DNA from: an uncultured Actinomycetota bacterium
Lineage (GTDB): Bacteria; Actinomycetota; UBA4738; HRBIN12
DNA: 64,000 bases
Reading direction: 5' to 3'
NCBI GenBank assembly: GCA_963788925.1
Contig: CAWBIH010000002.1
Coordinates: 580,478-644,477 of the forward strand
Under the pieces are notes generated by a model that saw only the letters and a program-made list of their open reading frames with translations, was not told the DNA's origin and made no database searches. Below, in pieces: positions 27,623 to 37,320 of the stretch. Numbering within the stretch: position 1 is the first letter of the stretch; every line of letters begins with the position of its first letter. The translations under genes were made by a program, and so were the position numbers.

Positions 27623-28535
27623 AGCCGCACATCGTGAACGCGAGCGTGACCAGACAGATGCAGACTCCCGGCGGGATCAGCCACCACCAGAGGCCGGCAG
27701 AGAGCGCGCCGGCGTCGAACGCGTCGAAGATGACTCCACCCCACGAGATGCTGCTGGGGTCACCCAGCCCGAGCAGAGAGAGCGTCGTCTCGGCCAGGAT
27801 CGACAGCGCCACCGTGAGCACCGTATTGGCGAAGATCACCGGCATCACATTGGGCAGGATGTGCCGGCTGATGAGATGCCAGTTGCTGGCTCCGAGCGCG
27901 CGAGCCCGTTCCACGTACGGCCGCTCCTTCACCGACAGGGTGTCCGCTCGTACCAATCGTGCGGTCCCCGCCCACGACGTCAGGCCGATCACCAAGATCG
28001 TGTTGAAGAGGGACCGCCCGAGGATCGATGCCAGGACGATCGCGAGGGGGATCCATGGGATCACGAGGAACCAGTTCGTGAGTGCGTTCATCAGGGTGTC
28101 GGTCTTTCCCCCGGAATAGCCACCGACGATGCCGACGGCCGCGCCGACGGTCATCGTCATGATGGTGGCGGCGAATCCGACGATGAGGGAGATCCGCGAA
28201 CCGTAGATCACGAGATCGAGGACCGACCTCCCGAAGTCGTCGGTACCGAGCGGGAACTCCGCCGACGGCTCTAGGAAAGGGGCTCCCGGAGGGTCGGATA
28301 CGCCGATGTCCGTTCGTGCGACAAGCAGGGGCGCAGCGAGTGCGAGGAGGATGAAGGTCACGAGGAGGATCAACCCGACCATCCCCATACTGCTGTGCCG
28401 ATAGACACGCCAGAATCCCGCCAAGGCCCGCCGTCTGCGCAGCGACTTGATCTTCTTCGGATCACGCGGAGCTGGCGGAGGGGCAACTTCCGTTCCGACG
28501 GTGAGATCGTCCGGCTGATGCGGCGTGGTGATCAC
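27579..28535 (-). CDS. Peptide ABC transporter permease (OppC/DppC-like)
   Basis: Six TM helices. BPD-transporter EAA-like loop. Confidence 0.85.
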   Translation of the reverse strand: MITTPHQPDDLTVGTEVAPPPAPRDPKKIKSLRRRRALAGFWRVYRHSSMGMVGLILLVTFILLALAAPLLVARTDIGVSDPPGAPFLEPSAEFPLGTDDFGRSVLDLVIYGSRISLIVGFAATIMTMTVGAAVGIVGGYSGGKTDTLMNALTNWFLVIPWIPLAIVLASILGRSLFNTILVIGLTSWAGTARLVRADTLSVKERPYVERARALGASNWHLISRHILPNVMPVIFANTVLTVALSILAETTLSLLGLGDPSSISWGGVIFDAFDAGALSAGLWWWLIPPGVCICLVTLAFTMCGYALDEVLNPKIRER

Positions 28536-28536
28536 G

Positions 28537-29508
28537 TCACGCCTCCTTCACGCGCGGATCCAGGTAGCCGTACAGGATGTCGGCGAGGAGGTTGAAGAAG
28601 ATCACCGCGGCGCTCCCGATGAGGAAGATCGCCTGGATCACGGGGAAGTCCTCTTGGTCGATCGCTCCGTACGTCAGCTGACCGAGCCCCGGGTATGAGA
28701 ACACCTGCTCGATCAGCACGGCGCCTCCGAGGATGAAGCCCACGCTGTAGAACGCGAGCGTGAATGTCGGCAGCAGTGCGTTCGGCACTGCGTGTCGCCG
28801 TCGAACATCCTTGTCCCGCACGCCCTTGGCGCGTGCCGTTTGCACGAAATCCTCGCCCATCACCTCGAGCAGCGACGAGCGCATGATGATCGCGAACTCG
28901 CCCAGGTAACCGAGAGTCAGCGTCAGGCAGGGGAGGAAGAGGTGTTTCGAGAGGTCGACGAGATGGGCGAATCCGGTCAATTCGTCAGTGGACTCGATAC
29001 CACCTGAAGGGAACCACCCTAGCGTTCCGGCGAACGTGATCAGCAGGATCATGCCCAGCCACCCCTCGGGCATCGAGTAGAGCGTGAGCGAGCCGAGAAG
29101 CGAACCCGTATCGAACGCGCTGCCACGGCGCCATGCGCCTTTGATGCCGATCAGGATGCCGATCGCCGCCGAAAGGAGAGTCGAGATCCCGACGAGGAGC
29201 AGGGTCGGTCCCATCTTCTCCCGTATCTCCTGGATGACGGGACGCCCGGACGCGAACGAGTAGCCGAACTCGCCCCGCAGGGTATCGCCGAGATAGTTGA
29301 CGAATTGAGCCGGCAAGGGATCGTCGATCCCGAACTCCTCGCGGAGCGCTTGTTGCTCCTGCGGGTCGAGGTGGAGCGAGCCGCCCCGCGTCAGCAACTT
29401 GACCGGGTCGCCGATGGCGCGGAAGAGAACGAAGTTGAACGCCAGCACGAAGGTCAGGGTGGCGAGCGCGTGCAGCACCTTGCGAAGGAGGTATCGACGC
29501 GACCCCAC
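28537..29508 (-). CDS. Peptide ABC transporter permease (OppB/DppB-like)
   Basis: Six TM helices. Conserved OppB N-terminus (YLLRKVLHALATLTFVLAFNFVLFR). Confidence 0.85.
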   Translation of the reverse strand: MGSRRYLLRKVLHALATLTFVLAFNFVLFRAIGDPVKLLTRGGSLHLDPQEQQALREEFGIDDPLPAQFVNYLGDTLRGEFGYSFASGRPVIQEIREKMGPTLLLVGISTLLSAAIGILIGIKGAWRRGSAFDTGSLLGSLTLYSMPEGWLGMILLITFAGTLGWFPSGGIESTDELTGFAHLVDLSKHLFLPCLTLTLGYLGEFAIIMRSSLLEVMGEDFVQTARAKGVRDKDVRRRHAVPNALLPTFTLAFYSVGFILGGAVLIEQVFSYPGLGQLTYGAIDQEDFPVIQAIFLIGSAAVIFFNLLADILYGYLDPRVKEA

Positions 29509-29537
29509 CCCGGCCTCCGAACGGTTCCCGCCGACCC

Positions 29538-31370
29538 CTAGGCCTCGTCCTCCTCATTTCGGCGACGTCCGATCGCGACGAAGGCCACGACCGCGATCAC
29601 GACGATCGCCCCGATCGCGATCAGCAGTCCTGTCGAGATGCCCCCTTCATCGGCGACGGGACCATTCGCCCCACCAGCCACGACCGGCTTCAGCAGCATG
29701 TACGAATCGACCCGCCACCCGAACAGGAACGCGCCGCCGTTGGTTGGGGTGGGCACGTATCCCTCGAGCGTGTCGGTGCGGTACGCGTGGATCAGCTCGG
29801 GATAGACGAGCGCGATCTCCGGGATCTCTTCGTAGTGGATGCGCTCGAATTCCTGCACGAGTTGCTGCCGCTCGTCGCGGTCGAACGTCTTCCTCTGCTC
29901 GTCGTAGAGCTTGTCGAGCTCGGGGTTGCTATAGCACCCGTCACTCCACCCGAGGCACTGGCTCGAGATGTAGACGGACATGTTGAAGTCGGGATCCGGG
30001 TCGCCGCCCCAGCTCCAGATGTAGGCGTCGAACGTGCCGTTCTCCCACTCGACATAGGCCTTGGGTTCGCTCACCGGGCGCAGGTCGAACTTGATCCCGA
30101 TCTGGTCCATCCAGCCGGCCATCAGCTCTCCGGTCTTCACCGACCCACGGGAGTTCGTGATCGTGAGGATGTCGAGCGCGAGCGGGTCCCCGGTCTTCGG
30201 ATCGATCCGGACGCCGTCGGGTGTTCGTTCGGTGTACCCCGCGTCGTCGAGGATCTGGTTCGCTTCGTCGAGGTTGAAGTCGTACTCCTCGTCGGCGGGG
30301 ATATCCAGATGCCAGAACGCCTTATCGGGCGAGATGAAGGTATCCGCCGGCTGGGCCGCACCCTGGAAGACCACCTGGGCGATCTGCTCCTTGTCGATCG
30401 CATGGGCGATCGCCAGCCGGACGGCGTGATCGTGGAGCGCGGGGTTGTTCGTCTCCTGCGTCTCAGGCGGCGTGCCGTACACGGGCATGTGGGCCTTCGC
30501 CTGCCCACCGAAATTGAAGGCGAGGTTCGTGTGGTAGTCGGCGGCCTCCTCGTTGAGCGCGATGTTCTTCTCACCTTCGAGGCTATTCGCGAGCGTGGGC
30601 GGGATGTCGTATGCGTAGTCGATGTCGCCCGACTTGAGGGCCTGCACCATCGCCTCGTCATTGCCGTACACGTGATAGACGACCTCGTCGATCGTGGGCG
30701 TTCCGAAGATCGCGCTCGGACGGGCTTCCATCCGCCAGAACTGATCGCTCTTCCATTCGGTCAACTGGAACGGGCCCGAGCCAACCGCCGGGATGTCTTC
30801 GAAAGCTCGGATCTCCTTCGCGGGCCTCCCGTCGAGCTTTCCCCAGATGTGCTCGGGGATGATCGGGATGTACGGCGGCACCGTCGGCGCCAGGGTCGGC
30901 TCCTCGGATTTCCACACGAGGGTGTAGTCGTCCGGGGTCTCGAACGTGGGGTTGTAGGGGAGGTAGTCGGAGAAGGTGGACAGGCCGTTGTCGAGGATGA
31001 ATCGGTACGTGAAGGCGATGTCTTTCGCGGTCAGCTGTTCCCCGTCATGCCATTTCACGTCGTCGCGGATGGGACACGTCCATGTCATGTAATCCGTGCT
31101 CGGCTCACAGCCGGACGTGAGCTCCGCCACCGGGGAAAGGTCCTTGGCCGAGAAGCCGTAGAGCATGTTGTAGTTGAGGAGCATCATCTCGTACTCCGAC
31201 GTGCAACATGCCTTGAACGGGTTGGACGAGACCATGTCGCTGGTCGTCCCTACGTTCAGTGTGATCTTCTCGTCCGAAGCGGCCGATTGCCCGAACGCCG
31301 CTCCGGCCAGCCCGATCATGACCGCGGTGGCCACCCCGAGCGCGAGCGAGGCTCGTCGCATTCCCCTCAT
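29538..31370 (-). CDS. Peptide/nickel ABC transporter substrate-binding protein (family 5), secreted
   Basis: ATG 31370 with GGAAGGGGG SD. Signal peptide MRGMRRASLALGVATAVMIGLAGAAFG. Family-5 SBP fold over ~610 aa. Confidence 0.85.
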   Translation of the reverse strand: MRGMRRASLALGVATAVMIGLAGAAFGQSAASDEKITLNVGTTSDMVSSNPFKACCTSEYEMMLLNYNMLYGFSAKDLSPVAELTSGCEPSTDYMTWTCPIRDDVKWHDGEQLTAKDIAFTYRFILDNGLSTFSDYLPYNPTFETPDDYTLVWKSEEPTLAPTVPPYIPIIPEHIWGKLDGRPAKEIRAFEDIPAVGSGPFQLTEWKSDQFWRMEARPSAIFGTPTIDEVVYHVYGNDEAMVQALKSGDIDYAYDIPPTLANSLEGEKNIALNEEAADYHTNLAFNFGGQAKAHMPVYGTPPETQETNNPALHDHAVRLAIAHAIDKEQIAQVVFQGAAQPADTFISPDKAFWHLDIPADEEYDFNLDEANQILDDAGYTERTPDGVRIDPKTGDPLALDILTITNSRGSVKTGELMAGWMDQIGIKFDLRPVSEPKAYVEWENGTFDAYIWSWGGDPDPDFNMSVYISSQCLGWSDGCYSNPELDKLYDEQRKTFDRDERQQLVQEFERIHYEEIPEIALVYPELIHAYRTDTLEGYVPTPTNGGAFLFGWRVDSYMLLKPVVAGGANGPVADEGGISTGLLIAIGAIVVIAVVAFVAIGRRRNEEDEA

Positions 31371-31432
31371 CGCTGCCCCCTTCCGAAGGTCTTCCTTAGT
31401 CCTACGCACGCGTTTCCGACTCGGTTGGGCCG

Positions 31433-31460
31433 CCCCCTCGCCCGAAGGGCGACGGGGGCT
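31433..31460. other. GC-rich hairpin (GCCCCCTCGCCC-gaa-GGGCGACGGGGGC) in the divergent leader between the opp SBP and serA
   Basis: 12-bp stem with one bulge and a GAA loop. Lies 63-90 nt upstream of the SBP start on the minus strand and about 190 nt upstream of serA. Confidence 0.35.
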
Positions 31461-31653
31461 CGGCCCGCCCACGCTCGACCCATGTTGAACGTCGGGTCAG
31501 TCGAGAGGGTCTGTATAGCATCGGTGGCCCGAGAGCGCTAGGCAGGGCATGGTCTGTTCGGGTCAAGTCGGCTCGCTCGGGGGGAGCCGATGGCCCCCGA
31601 TGTGAGGGGTCCGGCTTGTTCCGCATCAGCCCATTCTGCTTAGCTCCTAGGCG

Positions 31654-32871
31654 ATGCGGGTTCTCTTGGCCGATGCCATCGACCCTTCCACCGTGGGCGT
31701 GCTGACCGACCGCGGCCACGACTGTGTCTCGGATCCGAAGCTCACGGCCGACGACCTTCCGGATCGGATCGCCGGCTTCGAGGCGCTCGTCGTGAGGAGC
31801 ACGAAAGTGACAGCCGCCACGATCCAGGCGGCAGACGCGCTCGAGCTGATCGTGCGGGCAGGGGCGGGCACGAACACGATCGACGTGGACGCGGCATCCG
31901 AGGTCGGGATCTACGTGACGAACGTCCCGGGCCGCAACGCGATCGCGGTGGCTGAGCTCACGATGGGGCTGCTCCTCGCGATCGACCGGCGGATCGCCGA
32001 CAACGTGGCCGACCTCCGGACCGGCTCTTGGAACAAGACCTCCTACTCCGAAGCCGACGGCCTCTTCGGGAAGGTGATGGGCATCGTCGGCCTCGGGGAG
32101 ATCGGGTTCGCGGTCGCCGAACGCGCCTCCGCGTTCGGCCTCGACGTGCGGGCGATCCGCAAGGATCGGGATGAGGCGACCGAGGAGCGCATCAGATCGC
32201 TCGGCATCGAGCTCGTGGACTCGCTCGAGGAGCTGGTGGCGACGGCCGACATCGTCTCGATCCATGTCCCCGCGACGCCGGACACGGACTCGATGTTCGA
32301 CGCTCGGATGCTCGGCCGGATGAAGGAGGGTGCGATCCTCCTCAACACGTCCCGGGGGGACATCGTGGACGAGGCCGCCCTCCTGGATGCGCTCGAGACC
32401 CGCGCGCTTCGCGCGGGTCTCGATGTCTACCCGGACGAACCCGGCTCGGGCGCCACCGATTGGTCCTCGAAGCTCGCCCAACATCCCAACGTCGTGGGGA
32501 CGCATCACATCGGGGCGTCGACCGCGCAGGCGCAGAAGGCGGTCGCGGAGGGGGTCGTCGAGGTCGTCGATGCGTTCGTCCGAGGCGAGATCCTCAACTG
32601 TGTGAACCTCGCGCCCACCCGGCTCGGTACCCACACCCTCCACGTTCGCCACTTCGATCGCGTCGGGGTACTGGCGGGTGTGTTCGACATCCTGAGGCGT
32701 CGCGAGCTGAACGTCGAGCAGATGGAGAACCGCGTGTTCGAGGGTCGGAACGCCGCGGTGGCGACGATCGACGTCGTCGGTGACGTCGGCCCGGATCTGA
32801 TCGCCGCCCTCGAGGGGCTCGACCACGTGATCCACGTCTCGGCCGTGCCGACGGACCGAGGTGGGTCGTGA
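31654..32871 (+). CDS. serA: D-3-phosphoglycerate dehydrogenase (2-hydroxyacid DH + ACT domain)
   Basis: NAD-binding GxGxxG (GIVGLGEIG). Catalytic and ACT regions present. 405 aa. Confidence 0.85.
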   Translation: MRVLLADAIDPSTVGVLTDRGHDCVSDPKLTADDLPDRIAGFEALVVRSTKVTAATIQAADALELIVRAGAGTNTIDVDAASEVGIYVTNVPGRNAIAVAELTMGLLLAIDRRIADNVADLRTGSWNKTSYSEADGLFGKVMGIVGLGEIGFAVAERASAFGLDVRAIRKDRDEATEERIRSLGIELVDSLEELVATADIVSIHVPATPDTDSMFDARMLGRMKEGAILLNTSRGDIVDEAALLDALETRALRAGLDVYPDEPGSGATDWSSKLAQHPNVVGTHHIGASTAQAQKAVAEGVVEVVDAFVRGEILNCVNLAPTRLGTHTLHVRHFDRVGVLAGVFDILRRRELNVEQMENRVFEGRNAAVATIDVVGDVGPDLIAALEGLDHVIHVSAVPTDRGGS

Positions 32872-33947
32872 GGGTCCACAACTTCTGCGCCGGTCCGTGC
32901 ACGCTCCCGCTCGCCGTGTTGGAGGAGGTCCAGTCCGAGTTGCTGGACTTCCGCGGCGCCGGCATGTCGGTGATCGAGATGAGTCATCGGAGCCCGGAGT
33001 ACGAGGCCGTCCACGAAGAGACGCTTTCTCTGTTCCGCGAGAACTACGCGGTGCCCGACGACTTCTCGATCCTGTTCCTGCAGGGGGGCGCGACGCTGCA
33101 GTTCGCCATCGTGCCGATGAACCTGCTCCGCGAAGGGGCTCGCGCGGGGTACGTGCGGTCGGGGACATGGGGAAAGGGCGCGCTGAAGGATGCGGCAGCG
33201 TGGGGAGAGGCGTATGCCGCTTGGGACGGGGAGCCGTTCTCGTTCGTCCGGATGCCCTCGGCGGACGAGCTGCAGATCGAGCCGGGGACGAGATACCTCC
33301 ACGTCACGTCCAACGAGACGATCGAGGGGATCCGGATGGCGACGTTCCCGGATGTCGAGGTACCTCTGGTCGGAGATATGTCGTCGGACTACCTGAGCCG
33401 GCCGATCCCGTGGGAACGGTTCGACCTCGTGTACGGCGGGGCGCAGAAGAACCTCGGGCCGGCAGGCCTCGCGGTTGTCGTGGTGAAGACCTCGCTGCTG
33501 GAGGGGATGAACCAGAACCTCCCGAGCTACCTGCGTCTCGAAGCCCACGCCGGCAAGAACAGCCTGATGAACACCCCGCCGATGTTCGCGATCTACGTGA
33601 CCGGGAAGGTGCTCCGATGGATGCTCGACCAGGGTGGGGTTGCGGCGATGGAGGAGCGCGCGGCTCGACGCTCGGGAGCCGTGTACTCGGCGATCGAGGC
33701 GAGCGACGGTTTCTATCGCTCGCCGGTCGAGCCCGCCGACCGCTCGCACATGAACGTGGTGTACCGAACGCCGTCGGAGGATCTGGACTCAGCGTTCCTC
33801 AAGGGAGCTGAGCAGGAGGGCCTGGTCAACCTGAAGGGACACCGGAGCGTCGGGGGGATCCGGGCGAGCATCTACAACGCGATGACCGACGAAGGCGTGG
33901 ATGCGCTCGTCGGGTTCATGGCGGCGTTCCGGGATGCGAACGGATGA
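32868..33947 (+). CDS. serC: Phosphoserine aminotransferase
   Basis: Class V aminotransferase SerC signature (HNFCAGPCTLP...). GTG start overlaps the serA stop (GTGA). Confidence 0.85.
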   Translation: MRVHNFCAGPCTLPLAVLEEVQSELLDFRGAGMSVIEMSHRSPEYEAVHEETLSLFRENYAVPDDFSILFLQGGATLQFAIVPMNLLREGARAGYVRSGTWGKGALKDAAAWGEAYAAWDGEPFSFVRMPSADELQIEPGTRYLHVTSNETIEGIRMATFPDVEVPLVGDMSSDYLSRPIPWERFDLVYGGAQKNLGPAGLAVVVVKTSLLEGMNQNLPSYLRLEAHAGKNSLMNTPPMFAIYVTGKVLRWMLDQGGVAAMEERAARRSGAVYSAIEASDGFYRSPVEPADRSHMNVVYRTPSEDLDSAFLKGAEQEGLVNLKGHRSVGGIRASIYNAMTDEGVDALVGFMAAFRDANG

Positions 33948-35173
33948 GCACGCTCGATCCCTTCCCCGCCCGGATCGTTCGGGCCGAGTGGGCAGAGCAC
34001 GTCGTTTCCCCGATGCACGACGCGCTCTCGCGGGAAGAACGGGCCGCGATCCTCGCCGAACGCCCGTATTCGTGGTTGCACGTGTCGCGGACGCCGGACG
34101 ACGCGGTCAACGGTCAGGAAGTGGATCCCGAGGCGCTCGACGAGGAGAACGCGGCTGCCCTGGATCGATTGCTCGACGCGGGGCTCTTCGAGGAGTTCCC
34201 GGAGCCCGCTCTCTACGTGTACCGGTTGCGATCCGACGATCACGAGCAGACAGGGATCGTGGGCGAGGTGCCACCCCAGGCGTTCGTCGACGGCAGGGTC
34301 CTCGGGCATGAAGGGGTGCAGCCCGAGCGCGTCGACGCGCTCGGGCTGCACCTCGCGCGTCTTGGTGCTCGGTCCACCCTCGTCGCGCTGATGTTCCGCG
34401 CGGACGACGACATCCGGAAGATCGTCGACTCGACCACCGACGGAGCTCCGCTCCGGCGGTTCGGGACCGGCGATCTCGAACAGACCGTCTGGCGGATCGA
34501 CGACGCCGAGTCCATCGAGCGGATCCGGGAGCGTCTCGATCACCAGCCGCTGTACATCACCGACGGACACCATCGTGCGATGGCATCGGTGGAGCTGTGG
34601 GAAGCGGCCGGCAGGCCTGAGGGCGCCGGCGTTCCCGCGGTCCTGTTCCCAGAGGACGCTCTCAGGATGCTGGCGTTCCACCGGCGGGTCGTGGGCCCGC
34701 TTCCGATGACCGTCGACGACTTGCTCTCCCGACTCCGCGAGCGGCTGACGGTGAAGGAGGGGAAGACCCAGCCGATCGAACGTGGGGTGTTCGGGCTCTA
34801 CGTCGGCGGCCGCTGGTACCGACTGACGCCCGAACGAGGAGAGACGACGGTGGGGGTGGAGTCGCTCGACGTCTCGAGACTCCACCGGGAGGTCCTGGAG
34901 CCGATCTTCGGGTTCGGGGAGTCCGGCGACCCGAACCTCGAGTTCGTGTCGGATGCGGTTCCCATCGACGAGCTCACTCGAAGAGTGGACGAAGACGGCG
35001 GGGCCGCGTTCACGCTGATGCCACCGACGTTCGATCAGTTCGTGGAGGTGGCCGACCGCCACGAGCAGATGCCGGCGAAAGCGACGTACTTCGACCCGAA
35101 GCCGCAATCAGGTCTGTTCTTGAGGCTCGAGGAGGAAGAGCGGATCAGCGAGGGTTCGTCCGTCACGCACTGA
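33944..35173 (+). CDS. DUF1015 family protein
   Basis: 409 aa. ATG overlaps the serC stop (ATGA). No known catalytic assignment. Confidence 0.75.
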   Translation: MSTLDPFPARIVRAEWAEHVVSPMHDALSREERAAILAERPYSWLHVSRTPDDAVNGQEVDPEALDEENAAALDRLLDAGLFEEFPEPALYVYRLRSDDHEQTGIVGEVPPQAFVDGRVLGHEGVQPERVDALGLHLARLGARSTLVALMFRADDDIRKIVDSTTDGAPLRRFGTGDLEQTVWRIDDAESIERIRERLDHQPLYITDGHHRAMASVELWEAAGRPEGAGVPAVLFPEDALRMLAFHRRVVGPLPMTVDDLLSRLRERLTVKEGKTQPIERGVFGLYVGGRWYRLTPERGETTVGVESLDVSRLHREVLEPIFGFGESGDPNLEFVSDAVPIDELTRRVDEDGGAAFTLMPPTFDQFVEVADRHEQMPAKATYFDPKPQSGLFLRLEEEERISEGSSVTH

Positions 35174-36464
35174 CGGCGGCTCGAGCCTCGATCGCTCGGA
35201 TGAATCCGGACTTCTCGTCCGTGTAGGTGTACGGGTCGCGCGGATGCCGGTCGGCGAGGTCACGTTTCAAGCGCTCGTACGCGGCAGCATCATCTGGGTG
35301 GCTCCGAAGCCAGTCGCGGAAGGCGAGATGGCGCCGCTCCCACTCGCTGCCTTGGCCACACACATGGATGTGGAACGATCGCTGGCCGTCGTCCTCCCGG
35401 CTGAAGAACTCGTGCTCGTCCGTCCACGGGTCCAGCGCCCACCGATAGCCGAGATGCTCGAGCGCCTCCACGTAGGCAGCCCTCGGCGCCATCGCTCGAA
35501 CCGAGACCTGGATGTCCACGACGGGCTTGGCCGCGAGACCCGGCACGGCGGTCGAACCGACGTGTTCCACGCGGACGACCTGATCCCCGAGCGCCTCCTC
35601 GATCCGGGCCGATTCGGTCTCGAAGCGACCCGGCCAGCCAGGGTCGTACGGCACGATCCCGAATGCCCGAGATCGTCCCTCCCGCTCGCCCGGCTTCGCT
35701 CGGGCGCCGCGGACCCGAGCGAGAAGAGAGAGCGCATCGAAGAGGGACTGCTGGGCGGGATCGCGTTCGGCGGTCTCTTCCGGGTGCCATTGCACCCCGA
35801 CCATCCACGTGGCCAACGTGTCCTGTTGGTCCGGCACGATCCGTTCGATGGCTTCGATCAAGCCGTCCTCCGTCCAACCGGTCGCTTCGAGGCCGTCACC
35901 CAGTCGGTCGATGCCCTGATGATGGTGTGAGGCGGCAGCGAGCGAGCCGGCCTTGGTGACCGCGGCGAGGCGACTCCCAGCCTTCGGCGTGACGTCGTGG
36001 ATCGTCAGGGTCCCCTCGAGGGGAACCCCGTGCTGGATCAGGTCGGGGAGATCGGGGAGGTGCTCGTGCAGCGTGCCGCCGAACGCGACGTTCATCACCT
36101 GCAACCCTCGACAGATGCAGAGGGTGGGCAGCGCGAGTCGATCCGCGGTGCGGAGAAGCTCGATCTCGAACTCGTCCCTGTCCGGCTCGATCCCGTAGAG
36201 GTGTTCGCTCGACCCGCCGCCGTACCTCGCGGGGTCGATGTCGCCACCACCGACCAGGAGGATGCCGTCGAAGGGTTCGAGGATCTGCTCGGGGGTGCCT
36301 TCTTCTCCGGGCGCGAGTATCGCGGTCCGGGCGCCGGCTCGACGGAGCGCGTCGAGGTACAGGCTCGGGACGCCGTACCCGCCCTCCGGCCACCGGGCGA
36401 CGCGGTCGCCTCCCAGGTGGTACGCCACCACGGCGATGAGGGGTCGGTAGCGATCCTCGGCCAC
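35163..36464 (-). CDS. Fusion protein: gamma-glutamyl hydrolase/peptidase C26 (class I GATase-like, PuuD-type) + C-terminal GrpB domain
   Basis: N-terminal CICRGLQ nucleophile elbow and HH pair. C-terminal 170 aa carry the GrpB signature (VVRVEHVGSTAVPGLAAKPVVDIQV). Confidence 0.7.
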   Translation of the reverse strand: MAEDRYRPLIAVVAYHLGGDRVARWPEGGYGVPSLYLDALRRAGARTAILAPGEEGTPEQILEPFDGILLVGGGDIDPARYGGGSSEHLYGIEPDRDEFEIELLRTADRLALPTLCICRGLQVMNVAFGGTLHEHLPDLPDLIQHGVPLEGTLTIHDVTPKAGSRLAAVTKAGSLAAASHHHQGIDRLGDGLEATGWTEDGLIEAIERIVPDQQDTLATWMVGVQWHPEETAERDPAQQSLFDALSLLARVRGARAKPGEREGRSRAFGIVPYDPGWPGRFETESARIEEALGDQVVRVEHVGSTAVPGLAAKPVVDIQVSVRAMAPRAAYVEALEHLGYRWALDPWTDEHEFFSREDDGQRSFHIHVCGQGSEWERRHLAFRDWLRSHPDDAAAYERLKRDLADRHPRDPYTYTDEKSGFIRAIEARAAVSA

Positions 36465-36495
36465 GACGTCGAGTGTAACGACGGGCCTTCGCGCC

Positions 36496-37212
36496 CTAGG
36501 CGCCCGCGGCCAGGTTCGTGAAGCGCTCGAACACCTCGCGGCCTCGGCTCTCGTGCGCGGCCATGAACCGCTCCGCCTCCAGGCGGACCTCCTCCGGGCT
36601 CTTGCCCCACTCCGATCGAAGATCGCCGAACTTCGTGAACTCCTGGAGCCAGAACTCGAGCTCGGATCGGTTCACCTCGCAATGGAACTGCGTGCCCCAG
36701 GCGAGCTCTCCCACGCGGAACGCCTGATTGGGAACCCGATCGCCCGTGGCCAGCAACGTCGCTCCCTCGGGGAGATCGAATGCGTCCCCGTGCCATTGGA
36801 ATGCGAGGTCGCTGTCGGAGAGGTGCGAGAAGAGAAGATCGTGGGCCGCGTCGCCGGTCGGATGGATCGGCTCGAAGCCGATCTCGCGGGCCGGTCCCTC
36901 GCCGACCCTCGCGTCCAACGCCCAGGCGAGGAGCTGCCCGCCGAAGCAGACGCCGAGGAAGGGGATCCGGCGTTCGACGGCCTCGCGGATCAGGTCGGCG
37001 GTCTCTTTGATGAACGGCTGCTCGTCGGCGTGCCCGACGTTGAACGTGGAGCCGAAGACGACAACCCCGCCGATGCCGTCGAGCTCCGGTCTCGGGTCGG
37101 CGCCGTCGAGCGCGTTCCACACAGCGACCGTCCCGCCCGCGCTCTCCACGGCCGCGGGCGCGACCCCGAACGTCTCCGACGCATCGCAGCGGACGAACAG
37201 GATCACGGTCAT
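36496..37212 (-). CDS. Class I glutamine amidotransferase-like protein
   Basis: ATG 37212. GVCFGGQLL nucleophile motif. 238 aa. Confidence 0.7.
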   Translation of the reverse strand: MTVILFVRCDASETFGVAPAAVESAGGTVAVWNALDGADPRPELDGIGGVVVFGSTFNVGHADEQPFIKETADLIREAVERRIPFLGVCFGGQLLAWALDARVGEGPAREIGFEPIHPTGDAAHDLLFSHLSDSDLAFQWHGDAFDLPEGATLLATGDRVPNQAFRVGELAWGTQFHCEVNRSELEFWLQEFTKFGDLRSEWGKSPEEVRLEAERFMAAHESRGREVFERFTNLAAGA

Positions 37213-37320
37213 GGAGGCGATTCTAGCCGCGCCTTCCGTCGGCCCGGTCGCGTGGGATGGTCTGCTCTGGCACACTTCGGGCGCAGCCATCCGAGGACGA
37301 GCACGAACGAGGAGGCGCGG

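Noticed and set aside
29787-31541. 584-aa plus-strand ORF
   Set aside because: It is antisense to the peptide SBP gene, which has a signal peptide and family-5 SBP fold. Shadow ORF.
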